Assembly: GCA_965248535.1 (NCBI GenBank)
Contig: CBDFJR010000005.1
Span: 1,376,001 to 1,440,000 of the forward strand
Direction of reading: 5' to 3'
DNA: 64,000 bases
Source of the DNA: Phormidesmis sp.
Lineage (GTDB): Bacteria > Cyanobacteriota > Cyanobacteriia > Leptolyngbyales > Leptolyngbyaceae
The notes below the pieces were generated by a model. It saw only the letters and a program-made list of their open reading frames with translations. It searched no databases and was not told where the DNA came from. Positions 28,762 through 39,671 of the stretch are shown here, piece after piece. The position numbers were made by a program, and so were the translations under genes. How positions within the stretch are numbered: the stretch's first letter is position 1; every line of letters begins with the position of its first letter.

Positions 28762-31359
28762 ATGGTGAATCAGTTAAACATCCTCCCAACAGGACAGGTT
28801 ATCACGACTGCCCTGCACACGGAGATGCAACAGTCGTATCTAGAATACGCCATGAGCGTGATCGTCGGGCGAGCACTGCCAGACGTGCGAGATGGGCTTA
28901 AACCCGTCCACCGTCGAATTTTATACGCAATGCACGAGTTAGGGTTAACCCCCGATCGTCCCTATCGCAAATGTGCCCGCGTGGTGGGTGACGTGTTGGG
29001 CAAATATCATCCCCACGGTGACCAGTCGGTCTATGATGCGCTGGTGCGCTTGGTGCAAGACTTTTCGAGCCGCTATCCACTTTTGGGAGGGCACGGAAAT
29101 TTTGGCTCAGTTGATAACGACCCTCCCGCCGCAATGCGCTACACCGAGACGCGACTGGCCGCGATCGGCAACGAGGCTTTATTAACCGAAATCGGCGAGT
29201 CAACCGTCGAGTTTGTTGGCAACTTTGACAACTCGCAGCAAGAACCGACTGTGCTTCCGGCTCAGTTGCCGATTTTGCTGCTCAACGGCAGTTCGGGGAT
29301 TGCCGTCGGCATGGCGACCAATATTCCGCCCCACAATTTAGGCGAAGTGGTGGATGGATTAGTGGCGCTGATCGACAACCCCAATCTGTCAGATGCGCGA
29401 TTGTTTGAGTTGATTCCGGGCCCAGATTTTCCGACGGGGGGCGAGATCATTGGCACAGAAGGCATTCGCGAAGCCTACACCACCGGCCGGGGCAGCATTC
29501 CCGTGCGCGGAGTTGCCAAGATTGAAGAACTCACCGTAGGTCGAGGCAAGCATCGGCGCACGGCGATCATCATCACAGAGCTTCCGTTTCAGGTCAACAA
29601 AGCGGCGATGATCGAAAAAATTGCCGAACTGGTCAACCAGGGCAAGATTGAAGGCATCGGCGACCTGCGAGATGAGAGCGATCGTGACGGCATCCGCGTC
29701 GTGGTAGAACTGCGGCGAGATGCTAATCCCCAAAAAATTCTCAATGCCCTCTATCGGCAGACGGCGCTGCAAAACAACTTTGGCTCAATTTTGCTGGCAT
29801 TGACGGGCAATCTCCCCAAGCAGATGACCCTGCGAGAGTTGCTCCAAGAATTTCTCACGTTTCGAGAGACCACGCTGACGCGCCGCTATAGCCATGAGTT
29901 AGAAAAGGCAGAAACTCAAATTCACATTGTCGAAGGTCGGCTAACGGCGCTGTCTCACTTGGATGAGGTGATCGACATTTTGCGAAACGCGCCCGACGGC
30001 ACCACCGCCAAGGGGCAGCTACAAGCGCAATTGGATCTCAGCGATCGCCAAGCCGATGCCATTCTCTCGATGCCACTGCGCCGACTGACCGCAATGGAGC
30101 GGCAAAGTCTGCAAACTGAATTTGAAGAACTGACCACGCAAATGCAGGAATTGCGGAGAGTGTTGGGCGATCGCCGCGAATTGCTCAAAGCCTTGAAAAA
30201 AGATCTGCGGGCTTTGAGAAAAAAATATGCCGACGATCGCCGCACCCGCATCCTAAGCGCAGAGCCACCCAAAGAAGAGACCAAACCTTCTAAGAAGTCC
30301 GCCGACAAAAGCGTCGAACCTCAACCCTCAACCCTCAACCCTCAAAATGACTTTTCTCTGACCCTAGATTATGAGGAAGCCGCCCAAGAAACCGTGGTTG
30401 AGTTAACCCATCGGGGCTATGTGCGGCGCATGGCTCCCAAAGTCTACGATCGCTTAAATCGCAATCGCACGGATAACGAACCGACGATCGCGTTAGAAGA
30501 CGCTGACGAATTCGGTGTGCAAACGCAATTCACCACGACGGCACAAACGCTAGTGGTGATGACTCGCAGCGGCAAAGCCTACCCTGTGCGGGTGTCTGAC
30601 ATTCCTCAAGTATCAGGCGGCAAATCTCGCGGCACCCCCTTGGTGACCCTGCTCCCAGTGGCCGCTCAAGGAATGCCCGACTCGATCGCCGGAAGTTTCA
30701 TTTTGCCAGAGGATCTCGACGATCAATATCTGCTGTTGCTCACCGAGCAGGGACGACTGAAGCGATTGCCGCTCTCAGAGTTTGCTGACCTGACGGGACG
30801 AGGCTTGACGGCACTCAAGCTCAGAGAAGACGATCAGCTTTTATTGGTCAGCTTGACCCAAGTAGATGAACAGGTAGTGATCGTCACTTCTAGCGGTCGG
30901 GCGCTGCGGTTTGAAGTCAATGACGAGCAGGTGCCGATCGCGAGCCGCACGTCTCAAGGCAACGCGGGCATGAGAATCAGCAAAAAAGAAAAAATTGTAG
31001 GCTGGGCGATCGCAACCATAGACGACACCTTTTTGATGGTGTCAGAGCAAGGCTATGCCAAACAAATGGCGATCAAGTCGCTGCGGCGCGCCAACACAGG
31101 CGAGATCGGCACCCAAGCCTTCCAGTTCACCACTAAAACAGATGCGCTGATTGGCACGGTGGCCGTGCTGCCAGAAGCGCTCGTGTTCTTGTTGACCAAT
31201 GAAAATCACCTAGCTAGGATAGCGGTCGAGTCAATCAAAGTCGGGGCGAAAGATGGCAAGGGCGATCGTTTAATTAACCTCGGTCAGTCGGAGCGGATTA
31301 CGGGGGTGAGCCTGCCGATTTTGTTGAGCGATCACGTCGAAGAAGAGGGTGAGGACTAG
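28762..31359 (+). CDS. DNA gyrase/topoisomerase IV subunit A paralogue (ParC-like, no clear GyrA box)
   Basis: [37 protein letters not shown]; degenerate CTD. Confidence 0.93.
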   Translation: MVNQLNILPTGQVITTALHTEMQQSYLEYAMSVIVGRALPDVRDGLKPVHRRILYAMHELGLTPDRPYRKCARVVGDVLGKYHPHGDQSVYDALVRLVQDFSSRYPLLGGHGNFGSVDNDPPAAMRYTETRLAAIGNEALLTEIGESTVEFVGNFDNSQQEPTVLPAQLPILLLNGSSGIAVGMATNIPPHNLGEVVDGLVALIDNPNLSDARLFELIPGPDFPTGGEIIGTEGIREAYTTGRGSIPVRGVAKIEELTVGRGKHRRTAIIITELPFQVNKAAMIEKIAELVNQGKIEGIGDLRDESDRDGIRVVVELRRDANPQKILNALYRQTALQNNFGSILLALTGNLPKQMTLRELLQEFLTFRETTLTRRYSHELEKAETQIHIVEGRLTALSHLDEVIDILRNAPDGTTAKGQLQAQLDLSDRQADAILSMPLRRLTAMERQSLQTEFEELTTQMQELRRVLGDRRELLKALKKDLRALRKKYADDRRTRILSAEPPKEETKPSKKSADKSVEPQPSTLNPQNDFSLTLDYEEAAQETVVELTHRGYVRRMAPKVYDRLNRNRTDNEPTIALEDADEFGVQTQFTTTAQTLVVMTRSGKAYPVRVSDIPQVSGGKSRGTPLVTLLPVAAQGMPDSIAGSFILPEDLDDQYLLLLTEQGRLKRLPLSEFADLTGRGLTALKLREDDQLLLVSLTQVDEQVVIVTSSGRALRFEVNDEQVPIASRTSQGNAGMRISKKEKIVGWAIATIDDTFLMVSEQGYAKQMAIKSLRRANTGEIGTQAFQFTTKTDALIGTVAVLPEALVFLLTNENHLARIAVESIKVGAKDGKGDRLINLGQSERITGVSLPILLSDHVEEEGED
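30319..30345 (+). repeat. Heptamer tandem repeat (CCCTCAA)n inside the coding linker
   Basis: cctcaa-ccctcaa-ccctcaa-ccctcaa, STRR-like. Confidence 0.75.
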
Positions 31360-31458
31360 AAATCTTGCGCCCAATCAGCCAGGCTGTGGGATGGCAAGGG
31401 CAACAACAAGATAAACTGAGAAGCTGAAGCTCCGTTCTGCTGCTGGATATTCAAACTC

Positions 31459-33603
31459 ATGGCATCGTTTTTATTAGAAGTTGGCACCGAAGAACTCCCC
31501 GCAAGCTTTGTTGATGAAGCGCTGGCTCAGTGGCGATCGCGCATTCCCAAAAGTCTGGCTGACCATTATTTGACTCCAGACTCGATCGCCTATTACGGCA
31601 CGCCTCGTCGTCTCGCGATCGTGATCAAAGGCTTGCCGCTTCAGCAGGCTGACCAAACCGAAGAGGTCAAGGGCCCGCCTGCTCAAGCCGCTTTTAAGAA
31701 CGGAACCCCAACGAAAGCAGCCGAAGGGTTTGCCCAAAAGCAAGGCGTGTCGGTGGATGCGTTAGAAATTCGGCCGACTGAGAAGGGCGATTTTGTATTT
31801 GTTCGCAAAGTGATTCAGGGTCGGGCGATTTCTGAGATTTTGACCGAGTTAGTTCCCCAGTGGATTACCGGATTGGAGGGCAAACGGCTGATGCGCTGGG
31901 GCGATGGTGAACTGAAATTTTCTCGGCCAATTCGCTGGCTGGTGGTGCTGCTAGACGAGCAGGTGTTGCCGATCTCGATCGTCAGCAATTCCATTCACTA
32001 TGATAGCGATCGGGTGTCCTATGGGCACCGCGTTTTGCATCCCGATCCCGTTGCGATTGCCAATCCCGATACCTATGTGGCGACGTTAAAAACGGCGTTC
32101 GTTGCAGTGGATTCTGATCAGCGTCAAGCCACCATTCAGCAGCAGGTTGAAGCCGCTGCTGTTAAAGCGGGAGGGGTGGCCACGATTTCGCCAAGTCTCT
32201 TGCGCGAAGTGACTAATTTAGTGGAATATCCCAGCGCGGTAGTCGGCAAGTTTGATGCAGAATTTTTGGAACTGCCTTCAGAAGTGATCACGACGGAGAT
32301 GGAGAGTCATCAGCGCTACTTCCCGGTTCGCAAAAGTCAAGACTCTGACGAGCTACTGCCCTACTTCATCACGGCTTCTAACGGCGACCCGGCTAAGTCT
32401 GACATCATTGCGGCGGGCAACGAGCGCGTGATTAGAGCGCGGCTGTCAGATGGCAAATTCTTTTTTGATGCTGATCGTAAGATTCCCCTCGATCGCTACT
32501 TGCCCAAGCTTGAAACCGTCACCTTTCAAGCCGACTTGGGATCGGTGCGTGGCAAAGTTGACCGAATTTGCACGATCGCGGATCAAATCGCCGATCAGCT
32601 TCAGATTACAGGAGAAGCCAAGAAGCATATTCAACGCGCTGCGCTGCTGTGCAAAGCCGATCTTGTGACGCAAATGGTCGGTGAGTTTCCTGAACTGCAA
32701 GGCGTGATGGGTCAGAAATATGCCCTCGACAGCCAAGAACCCGAAGCGGTTGCCACGGCGATTTTTGAGCATTATCTGCCCCGTGGAGCAGGCGATCGTT
32801 TACCGCAAATGCTCACAGGTCAAGTGGTGGGGTTGAGCGATCGTCTCGATACCCTCGTGAGCATTTTTGGATTGGGAATGATTCCGTCTGGTTCTTCCGA
32901 TCCGTTTGCGTTGCGTCGGGCTGCCAATGCTGTTATCAATATCACCTGGGTAGCAAATCTCAAGATTGATCTCTATCAACTCTTAGATCAGATTGTCAGC
33001 AATTTCACTAGCAATCATGCTCAGGTTCTCAAAGTTTCTAGATCAGAATTACTGCAACAGTTAAAAGATTTCTTCTCCCAGCGTGTTCACACCCTTTTGC
33101 GAGAAGATCGCGGCGTTGATTACGATCTGGTTAATGCTGTGATTGGTGAAAGCGATCCTGACTATGCCGAACGAGCGCTGAGAAATTTATTAGATGTGCG
33201 CGATCGGGCCCTATTCCTACAAGCGATTCGCACTGATGGCAGACTTGCCACGATTTACGAAACGGTGAATCGCGCTTCTCGCCTTGCCTCGCAGGGAACT
33301 TTAGACACCCAATCCCTGAATCCTGTTGAGGTGGTGCAGCCCGATCGCTTCCAAAAAGCTTCAGAGCAGACGTTTTATGATGCGTTGGTCACGTTGTCTC
33401 AGCAAGGACAGCAAGACTATGGCAGTTTGGTTGAGTCGCTCAGTCAAATTGCGCCTGCGGTCAGCAAATTTTTTGATGGGGAGGACAGTGTTTTAGTGAT
33501 GGATTCTGATCCTAAGATCAAGCAAAATCGCCTCAATTTGTTGGGCGTGTTGCGGAACCACGGGCGAGTTTTAGCCGACTTTGGGGCGATCGTCAAAAGT
33601 TAG
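31459..33603 (+). CDS. glyS: Glycine--tRNA ligase beta subunit
   Basis: [32 protein letters not shown]. Confidence 0.98.
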   Translation: MASFLLEVGTEELPASFVDEALAQWRSRIPKSLADHYLTPDSIAYYGTPRRLAIVIKGLPLQQADQTEEVKGPPAQAAFKNGTPTKAAEGFAQKQGVSVDALEIRPTEKGDFVFVRKVIQGRAISEILTELVPQWITGLEGKRLMRWGDGELKFSRPIRWLVVLLDEQVLPISIVSNSIHYDSDRVSYGHRVLHPDPVAIANPDTYVATLKTAFVAVDSDQRQATIQQQVEAAAVKAGGVATISPSLLREVTNLVEYPSAVVGKFDAEFLELPSEVITTEMESHQRYFPVRKSQDSDELLPYFITASNGDPAKSDIIAAGNERVIRARLSDGKFFFDADRKIPLDRYLPKLETVTFQADLGSVRGKVDRICTIADQIADQLQITGEAKKHIQRAALLCKADLVTQMVGEFPELQGVMGQKYALDSQEPEAVATAIFEHYLPRGAGDRLPQMLTGQVVGLSDRLDTLVSIFGLGMIPSGSSDPFALRRAANAVINITWVANLKIDLYQLLDQIVSNFTSNHAQVLKVSRSELLQQLKDFFSQRVHTLLREDRGVDYDLVNAVIGESDPDYAERALRNLLDVRDRALFLQAIRTDGRLATIYETVNRASRLASQGTLDTQSLNPVEVVQPDRFQKASEQTFYDALVTLSQQGQQDYGSLVESLSQIAPAVSKFFDGEDSVLVMDSDPKIKQNRLNLLGVLRNHGRVLADFGAIVKS

Positions 33604-33611
33604 CCAACCCT

Positions 33612-33830
33612 TTACTCGCCTTCCTGACTTCTTCGAGCATCTTCGCGACGTTTTTGATGCTCTGCAAAGATTTCGGGAAAGCGATCGGTGTCTTCAGGTT
33701 TATACCAATGAGTGTTGGGGTCTGCTTTAATTTTTTCAACAATCACGCTGATAGCTTCTGCATCATCTCGATGCTCAAGGATGTAAGATCTGAGTTCCTT
33801 TCGCGTCATAGCATTAAAATCAGGCTTCAT
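33612..33830 (-). CDS. DUF6887 family protein
   Basis: MKPDFNAMTRKELRSYILEHRDDAEA. Confidence 0.75.
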   Translation of the reverse strand: MKPDFNAMTRKELRSYILEHRDDAEAISVIVEKIKADPNTHWYKPEDTDRFPEIFAEHQKRREDARRSQEGE

Positions 33831-34017
33831 TTTGAAAGCTCCATTCCCCGTCGCGGGTGATGACAATTTCTAGTTCTTCCCCTGCCAAAATAAACACCTC
33901 TCCCTGTCGCTCATCCAATCGAATGACGTTGATAGGCACAAACATAGCAGTAAGATTTTGACAGAGAATAAAGCACCGAGCTTCTTGTTTCGAGGTTGGA
34001 TACAGCGGTCTTCTCAT
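33820..34017 (-). CDS. DUF6888 family protein
   Basis: PTSKQ...CQNLT..F.PI..IRLDER.G.VFILAGEELEI.I..DGEW; overlaps the DUF6887 start. Confidence 0.75.
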   Translation of the reverse strand: MRRPLYPTSKQEARCFILCQNLTAMFVPINVIRLDERQGEVFILAGEELEIVITRDGEWSFQNEA

Positions 34018-34126
34018 TCTAGCGAGATTTTTATTTAATGAAGTCCATCTTGTCACAATTGAGTGATGGTTAGGAACGGTTAAGCAGTACGATAAAGGAT
34101 GCAAAATTATTGATCTCTATCAGACC

Positions 34127-35491
34127 ATGCCCCACGCTTACGTAATCGGACTCGGAACATCAGGCAATGCAGCGGCTCGATTACTCAAACGCAACGGGTG
34201 GCGGGTCACAGTCAGCGATCGGGGCACCTCTGACACACTCCAACAGCAAAAACAGCAACTCAACGCTGAAGGAATTCAAGTCAAATTAGGAGACAGCTTT
34301 GATCCAGCTTTGATAATGCCGAAGTTAATCGTAGTGAGTCCGGGTGTGCCGTGGGATATTCCTGCCCTAGTGAAAGCGAGAGAGATGGGGATTACTACGA
34401 TCGGAGAAATGGAATTAGCATGGCAAAATTTACAGTCTCGCCCGTGGATTGGGATCACCGGAACGAACGGTAAGACCACGACAACGGCCCTAATCGCTGC
34501 TATCTTTCAAACCGCCGGGTTGAACGCTCCCGCCTTTGGCAATATTGGCTACGCTGCCTCTGAAGCGGCGATGTTAGAACCTCAACCCGACTGGGCGATC
34601 GCCGAATTTAGCAGCTATCAGATCGAAGCCGCCCCGACCGTTGCCCCTCGCATCGGCGTTTGGACAACCTTCACCCCCGATCATCTCAGTCGTCACAAAA
34701 CCTTAGAAAACTACTTCAGCATCAAAGCCCACCTACTGCGTCAGTCTGAGCAGCAGATTTTTAACGGCGATGACCCCTATTTGAGAAATCTAGGGGTTAA
34801 CCAATCTGATCCGGTCTCTGCCAAAGCCTGCTGGACAAGTGTCAAGGGTCGAGCGCAGCTAGTGGGCAATCCTGAACTAGGTGCTTATATTGAAGACGGC
34901 TGGGCGATCGTGCAAAATCTCCCGATCGTCGAGGTCAACACCCTGCGAATGCCCGGATTTCACAACCAGCAAAACCTGCTGATGGCAGTTGCTGCCGCGC
35001 ATTTTGCTGGGATTGAAAAAGTCGCCATTGTGGAGGCGATCGCTAACTTCCCCGGCGTGCCCCATCGCTTAGAACATCTCTGCACCTGGCAAGGCATCGA
35101 CTTTATTAATGACAGCAAAGCCACCAACTATGATGCCGCAGAGGTCGGATTGGCGGCCGTGAAAAGTCCGGTGATTTTGATTGCGGGCGGCGAAGCCAAA
35201 CTGGGTGAAGATGCCGCCTGGCTGAAAGTGATTCAAGAAAAAGCGGCAGCCGTGTTGCTGATTGGCAGTGCGGCAGCAGCGTTTGCTCAACGATTAGATC
35301 AAGTCGGTTATGCCCATTATGAAATTGTGGAGACGATGGAACGGGCCGTGCAGCGATCGCTCGACCTTGCCCAACAGCAGTCTGCTCGTGTCGTTCTGTT
35401 ATCGCCTGCTTGCGCCAGTTTTGATCAATATCCAAACTTTGAGCAACGGGGCGATCACTTTCGTCAACTTTGTTTAGAATCGCTTACCTAA
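34127..35491 (+). CDS. murD: UDP-N-acetylmuramoyl-L-alanine--D-glutamate ligase
   Basis: [42 protein letters not shown]. Confidence 0.97.
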   Translation: MPHAYVIGLGTSGNAAARLLKRNGWRVTVSDRGTSDTLQQQKQQLNAEGIQVKLGDSFDPALIMPKLIVVSPGVPWDIPALVKAREMGITTIGEMELAWQNLQSRPWIGITGTNGKTTTTALIAAIFQTAGLNAPAFGNIGYAASEAAMLEPQPDWAIAEFSSYQIEAAPTVAPRIGVWTTFTPDHLSRHKTLENYFSIKAHLLRQSEQQIFNGDDPYLRNLGVNQSDPVSAKACWTSVKGRAQLVGNPELGAYIEDGWAIVQNLPIVEVNTLRMPGFHNQQNLLMAVAAAHFAGIEKVAIVEAIANFPGVPHRLEHLCTWQGIDFINDSKATNYDAAEVGLAAVKSPVILIAGGEAKLGEDAAWLKVIQEKAAAVLLIGSAAAAFAQRLDQVGYAHYEIVETMERAVQRSLDLAQQQSARVVLLSPACASFDQYPNFEQRGDHFRQLCLESLT

Positions 35492-35543
35492 GCTGTGCGA
35501 CGATCTTCTGTTGTCCTTGAGTTGTAGAGTTCGATTGAGCAAC

Positions 35544-37277
35544 CTACCACCCCCAAAAGCCCTCACACTCATAGTAACCTTCTCGTTGCGTCCCTCTAGG
35601 GCACCACTGGGTTACAGGTCTAGGAGTCAAGTGCCGACCTCGACCATTCCAAAGGGCTGTGGTGCTGACGATTTTTAACCCCGCTTGCTTCGTAGCTTCT
35701 GCATTAGAGAAGTCGCCGATCGAGATCGTTGGCACAAAGTCTTTTCCCTTTTTATAGATCGTTGCTTGATAGCCCAGTTGTTGAGCTAGAGTCGCTTTGT
35801 CTTGAGCTGCCTGAAGAGTCGGATAGCTGTCTAAGATGATTAGCCAACCTCCGCTAGGACTTGGAGACGGGACTGGACTAGGAAGAGACGAGACTGGACT
35901 AGGATCGGTCTTTTGATGAGGCTGACTTGGTGGTTTCCCGGTCGGTGTAGACGATCGAGAGGCTGGCTGAGAAGGCACAGTAGACGAAGGAAGGGACGAC
36001 TTGGGGATGATCGCTGCCGTTGTTTTTGAAGTAGTTGACACGGCTGGAGTCGGAGACAGGTTTCGTCCTGGTAGCGACGAGACAGCCAGAAAAACACCGA
36101 TCGCACCTGCCCCTAACACGCCAGCTCCAACCAGAAACATCGGAATTTTGCCGTTACTAGATGGCACCTCGATCGGGACAGGAGACGAGCTTTCTGAAGA
36201 TATCTGAGGGAGTGAAGACATCCATTTTTCTTCGATCGCCGACACATCTTCGGTTCTCAGTGCCACGATCTCCTGAAATCTCCGCAACTCACTCTGTCGT
36301 TGAGAACTCAGTGGAAATTCTCGCTGAATGGCATCTGCAAACAGTTGTTCATAGCGTTGTAGATTTCGTTGATAATCCCGATAGGGGCGCAACACTTGAG
36401 CTCCGATCGCTTGGGTTTCCTCTACTGAAAGTCCTAGTTGTTCTCGCAGTGATGAGAGGGCACGATTGCCGATCGCTGAGATTTCGCCTTGACTTGAGAA
36501 GTGTTCGACTTCTTGGCGATAGCGGAGTTTAGGCTCTCCGATCGCCGCCTTCGCCAAATAAATTCTGAATCCTTCTTCAACAATGTAGATTTTGGGCTGC
36601 ATCGCGGGGGCGGTTTCTTGCACTTTTCGGTAAGCATAATCGTGGAGTTCTTCAACCGAGATCACGCCATCGCTATCGGCATCAGCGGCTCCTGTCTCAA
36701 TGCCTTCGACGATATAACGCGTGTAGACCGACAGATCAGCCCCCTGTTGCTCAAATGAATATTGGGTCGAAGTGGAAGACGTTAAGACAACGCGCCCCTC
36801 GCCGCCGAGTTGAGTTTGCACATTAACAGTGCCATCATCTTTGGCAGTCATGCCTTCCGCAAATGCCCCGCTAAAACAGCAGTCAAGAATGATCACCTGG
36901 CGTTTGCAGCGTGAATTGCTCATGATGTCTTGCACAAATCCCGCCGGAACTGCGGTAGCTTTGACCAACTCGCCTTTAGAATTTTTGCGCGTTAGACGAG
37001 TCGCGAAATAAAGCCGTCCGCGATCGTCCTTAACCCCATGACCTGAGAAAAACAAGACGGCTAAATCATCTTTGCTGCGATCGCTCAATAAGGTCTCGAT
37101 CGCTTCCTGCATCTGCAAAGGTTCGGGGTTGGGCAGCGTTTTCACCTCGTCAAAGTTGCCTAAGTCGGGATGCTGCAACACGCGCCGCATAGCTTCGATG
37201 TCTTTGAGCGCTCCGGGTAGAGGGCTTAACCCGGCTTGATAGTGGCTCACCCCGATCAGCAGTGCGATTTTTGCCAT
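35544..37277 (-). CDS. EACC1-associated orthocaspase (peptidase C14) - helical domain - TM - P/S linker - SPOR-like domain
   Basis: Intact dyad FFSGHG / LDCCFSG; TM FLVGAGVLGAGAIGVFLAV; C-terminal GWLIILDSYPTLQAAQ. Confidence 0.88.
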   Translation of the reverse strand: MAKIALLIGVSHYQAGLSPLPGALKDIEAMRRVLQHPDLGNFDEVKTLPNPEPLQMQEAIETLLSDRSKDDLAVLFFSGHGVKDDRGRLYFATRLTRKNSKGELVKATAVPAGFVQDIMSNSRCKRQVIILDCCFSGAFAEGMTAKDDGTVNVQTQLGGEGRVVLTSSTSTQYSFEQQGADLSVYTRYIVEGIETGAADADSDGVISVEELHDYAYRKVQETAPAMQPKIYIVEEGFRIYLAKAAIGEPKLRYRQEVEHFSSQGEISAIGNRALSSLREQLGLSVEETQAIGAQVLRPYRDYQRNLQRYEQLFADAIQREFPLSSQRQSELRRFQEIVALRTEDVSAIEEKWMSSLPQISSESSSPVPIEVPSSNGKIPMFLVGAGVLGAGAIGVFLAVSSLPGRNLSPTPAVSTTSKTTAAIIPKSSLPSSTVPSQPASRSSTPTGKPPSQPHQKTDPSPVSSLPSPVPSPSPSGGWLIILDSYPTLQAAQDKATLAQQLGYQATIYKKGKDFVPTISIGDFSNAEATKQAGLKIVSTTALWNGRGRHLTPRPVTQWCPRGTQREGYYECEGFWGW

Positions 37278-37286
37278 TTGAGTGTC

Positions 37287-37661
37287 TCAAGAGGTGATAA
37301 AGTTTTGAGCGGCCGCGATCGCGGCTTCCAGTTCTTGTCGGCTGCTGGCTTTAACTTTAAGCTTTTTACCGTTTGCTTCGACTTCGAGTTCAATGACTTT
37401 GCTGCCTAAGCGATCGCCCAAAAATCCCATCAGTTTTTTGAAATTAGCGGGGCTGACTTCTGCCATTAATAACCCAGCTAACATTCCACCGACTGCTTTA
37501 TTGCCTTCAGGTGGATTGAGATCAGGAACCCGATCGCTCGTCACACCTTCTAACTCTCTGATTTGAGGTAAAAGCTTATCGACCTCGTGATCTCGCCCAT
37601 CCTTGTCCAGGTCAGGATCATTGAAGTTGATTGTGACTTTAATCTCAGATACATTCGTCAT
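37287..37661 (-). CDS. EACC1-type effector-associated constant component
   Basis: PPEGNKA...LAGLL.AEVS...FLGDRL..K.IELEVEANGKKLKVKASS..EL; immediately upstream of a caspase. Confidence 0.75.
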   Translation of the reverse strand: MTNVSEIKVTINFNDPDLDKDGRDHEVDKLLPQIRELEGVTSDRVPDLNPPEGNKAVGGMLAGLLMAEVSPANFKKLMGFLGDRLGSKVIELEVEANGKKLKVKASSRQELEAAIAAAQNFITS

Positions 37662-37770
37662 ATCAATCTCTTTTTGGTTCGTGAATTAACAGATGGCTCA
37701 CCGTGCCTTCACAGTTATATCAAGGTTTCAGATTGTGCTGATGCGAGCAGGTGCAAACGATTCGCTCAGT

Positions 37771-38241
37771 TTAATACTTGAGCTGTGTTGAGTCTGAAGC
37801 GCACTGAAGTGTGCTGTCCTGAAACTTTGGGGGAGAAAGTGCAGCCGTTGAAGGGGCATTACCTTCACAAATAATCGTAAGCGTTGTGACCTCTTGACTG
37901 CCGCTAGAAGTGATGACGAATGCTCCACCGACATATCCCTTCAGCCCATCTATTTTAGGAGTCGCTGTCGAGACGGCATAACCTTTCATGCCCGAACCAT
38001 ACGCTTGAGTTGTGTACCTATAGTTTGCAGTTTCTGACTGAATGCCAACTCCTAACTCTCCAATGTTCGATGAAAACTTGTTTTTCTCAAGAAAGAAAGC
38101 TTGTTGAGATCGGTTCAATGAGCCAACGTAGGTTTTAGCCTCTGACTGTTTGGCTTGACTCGCTTGATTGAGAAAGGACGGAAGCACGATCCCGCTAACT
38201 AGCATGATTGAAAAGCCAAGGCAACCGATTGATCCCAGCAC
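37771..38241 (-). CDS. Type IV pilin-like G/H domain (probably the frameshifted C-terminus of the 38297 caspase)
   Basis: LPSFLNQASQAKQSEAKTYVGSLNRSQQAFFLE..F, ETANYRY, LKGYVG; lacks a prepilin GFTLIE site. Confidence 0.85.
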   Translation of the reverse strand: MLGSIGCLGFSIMLVSGIVLPSFLNQASQAKQSEAKTYVGSLNRSQQAFFLEKNKFSSNIGELGVGIQSETANYRYTTQAYGSGMKGYAVSTATPKIDGLKGYVGGAFVITSSGSQEVTTLTIICEGNAPSTAALSPPKFQDSTLQCASDSTQLKY

Positions 38242-38296
38242 GATCGGCAGTCGAGGACGACTACGCGGAGGAATGGCTGTGGAGATGTTCTCTAAA

Positions 38297-39541
38297 TTAG
38301 TCGTTAGAAGAATTGTGGGCAGAAAGAGAAGGGTCTACTGAAGGGCTTGAAAGCGGTGCAACTTCTTTTTGCACAGGAACGCTTTCTTGACGAGGCTGAG
38401 AGGGAACTGATGAGGAAGGTACTGCGGTGGGTTGAGCGGGATGGGCTTCTAGAACTGGGGGTTCAATGGCTTCCTGACGGGGCGTATGCTTCGTTTCAAT
38501 CGAAGTAATATCTTCATGCCGCAGCCCCAAAATCTCTTGATAACGATGCAATTCATCGCGAGTGGCATCACTGAGCGGATACTCCTGCTGAACTGACTCA
38601 GCAAAAGCTTGTTCATAGCGCTGCAATTTTTTCTGATACTCTCGATAAGGTTTGAGAACCTCTTCCTCGATCGCAGTTGCAGTCTCAGAGGCAAGCCCCA
38701 AACTACCTCGTAAATCATCTAGAATTCTACGACCCAGCATCGAGATCTTCCCTTGACTGGCACGCCGTTCGACTTCTTTGCGATATGCCAGTTTCGGGTC
38801 GCCGATCGCAACTTTTGCTAGCCGAATTTTAAATCCTTCCTCGACCGCGTAGATTTTGGGTTTCATGGCGGGGGCGGTCTCTTGCACCTTTTTGCAGGCA
38901 TACTCGTGTAGCTCGTCGATCGAGATTACACCATTATTATCCAAGTCGGCTGCCCCTGTCTCCAGACCCTCCACGATGTATTGGGTGTAAACCGATAGCT
39001 CAGAGTCTTGCTGCTCAAAAGAATATTGAGTCGAAGTTGAAGAGGTGAGAACGGCGCGTCCTTCTCCCCCCAGTTGGGTTTGAATATCGACTACACCATC
39101 GTCTTTGGCAGTCATGCCTTCCACAAATGCTCCGCTAAAGCAACAGTCGAGTAGCACCACTTGTCGCTTACAGCGTGAATTGCTCATAATATCCTGAACG
39201 AATCCCGCAGGAACGGCAGTGGCTTTTACTAAGTCGCCTTTAGGATTTTTGCGCGTCACACGGGTTGCAAAGTAGAGCCGCCCACTGTCGTCTTTGACCC
39301 CATGACCAGAGAAAAAGAGTAATACCAAATCTTCTCTAGCCCGATCGGACAATAAGTTCTCGATCGCTTCTTGCATCGCAAAGGGTTCGGGATTGGAGAG
39401 CGTTCTCACTTCATCAAAGCTACCTATTTCGCGATTCTCTAGAACCCGTTGCATTGCTTCAATATCTTTGATAGCTCCTGGTAAAGGGGTGAGTCCTGCC
39501 GCATATTCGCTGACTCCAATTAGCAATGCAATCTTCGCCAT
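38297..39541 (-). CDS. Orthocaspase (peptidase C14), paralogue of the 35544 gene, ending prematurely in the P/S linker
   Basis: FFSGHG / LDCCFSG dyad; near-identical N-terminus to the 35544 caspase. Confidence 0.88.
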   Translation of the reverse strand: MAKIALLIGVSEYAAGLTPLPGAIKDIEAMQRVLENREIGSFDEVRTLSNPEPFAMQEAIENLLSDRAREDLVLLFFSGHGVKDDSGRLYFATRVTRKNPKGDLVKATAVPAGFVQDIMSNSRCKRQVVLLDCCFSGAFVEGMTAKDDGVVDIQTQLGGEGRAVLTSSTSTQYSFEQQDSELSVYTQYIVEGLETGAADLDNNGVISIDELHEYACKKVQETAPAMKPKIYAVEEGFKIRLAKVAIGDPKLAYRKEVERRASQGKISMLGRRILDDLRGSLGLASETATAIEEEVLKPYREYQKKLQRYEQAFAESVQQEYPLSDATRDELHRYQEILGLRHEDITSIETKHTPRQEAIEPPVLEAHPAQPTAVPSSSVPSQPRQESVPVQKEVAPLSSPSVDPSLSAHNSSND

Positions 39542-39671
39542 GATCTAATCTCTTATTTGAATGACTGCGGATCAATGACCTATCTGATGCCCCAGTTATA
39601 TCAGGTTGAAAACTGCTTTTTCCCTGAGAAATTGTAAATCTTAAGAAGGTTTTTTACTTGATGGGATTCGC

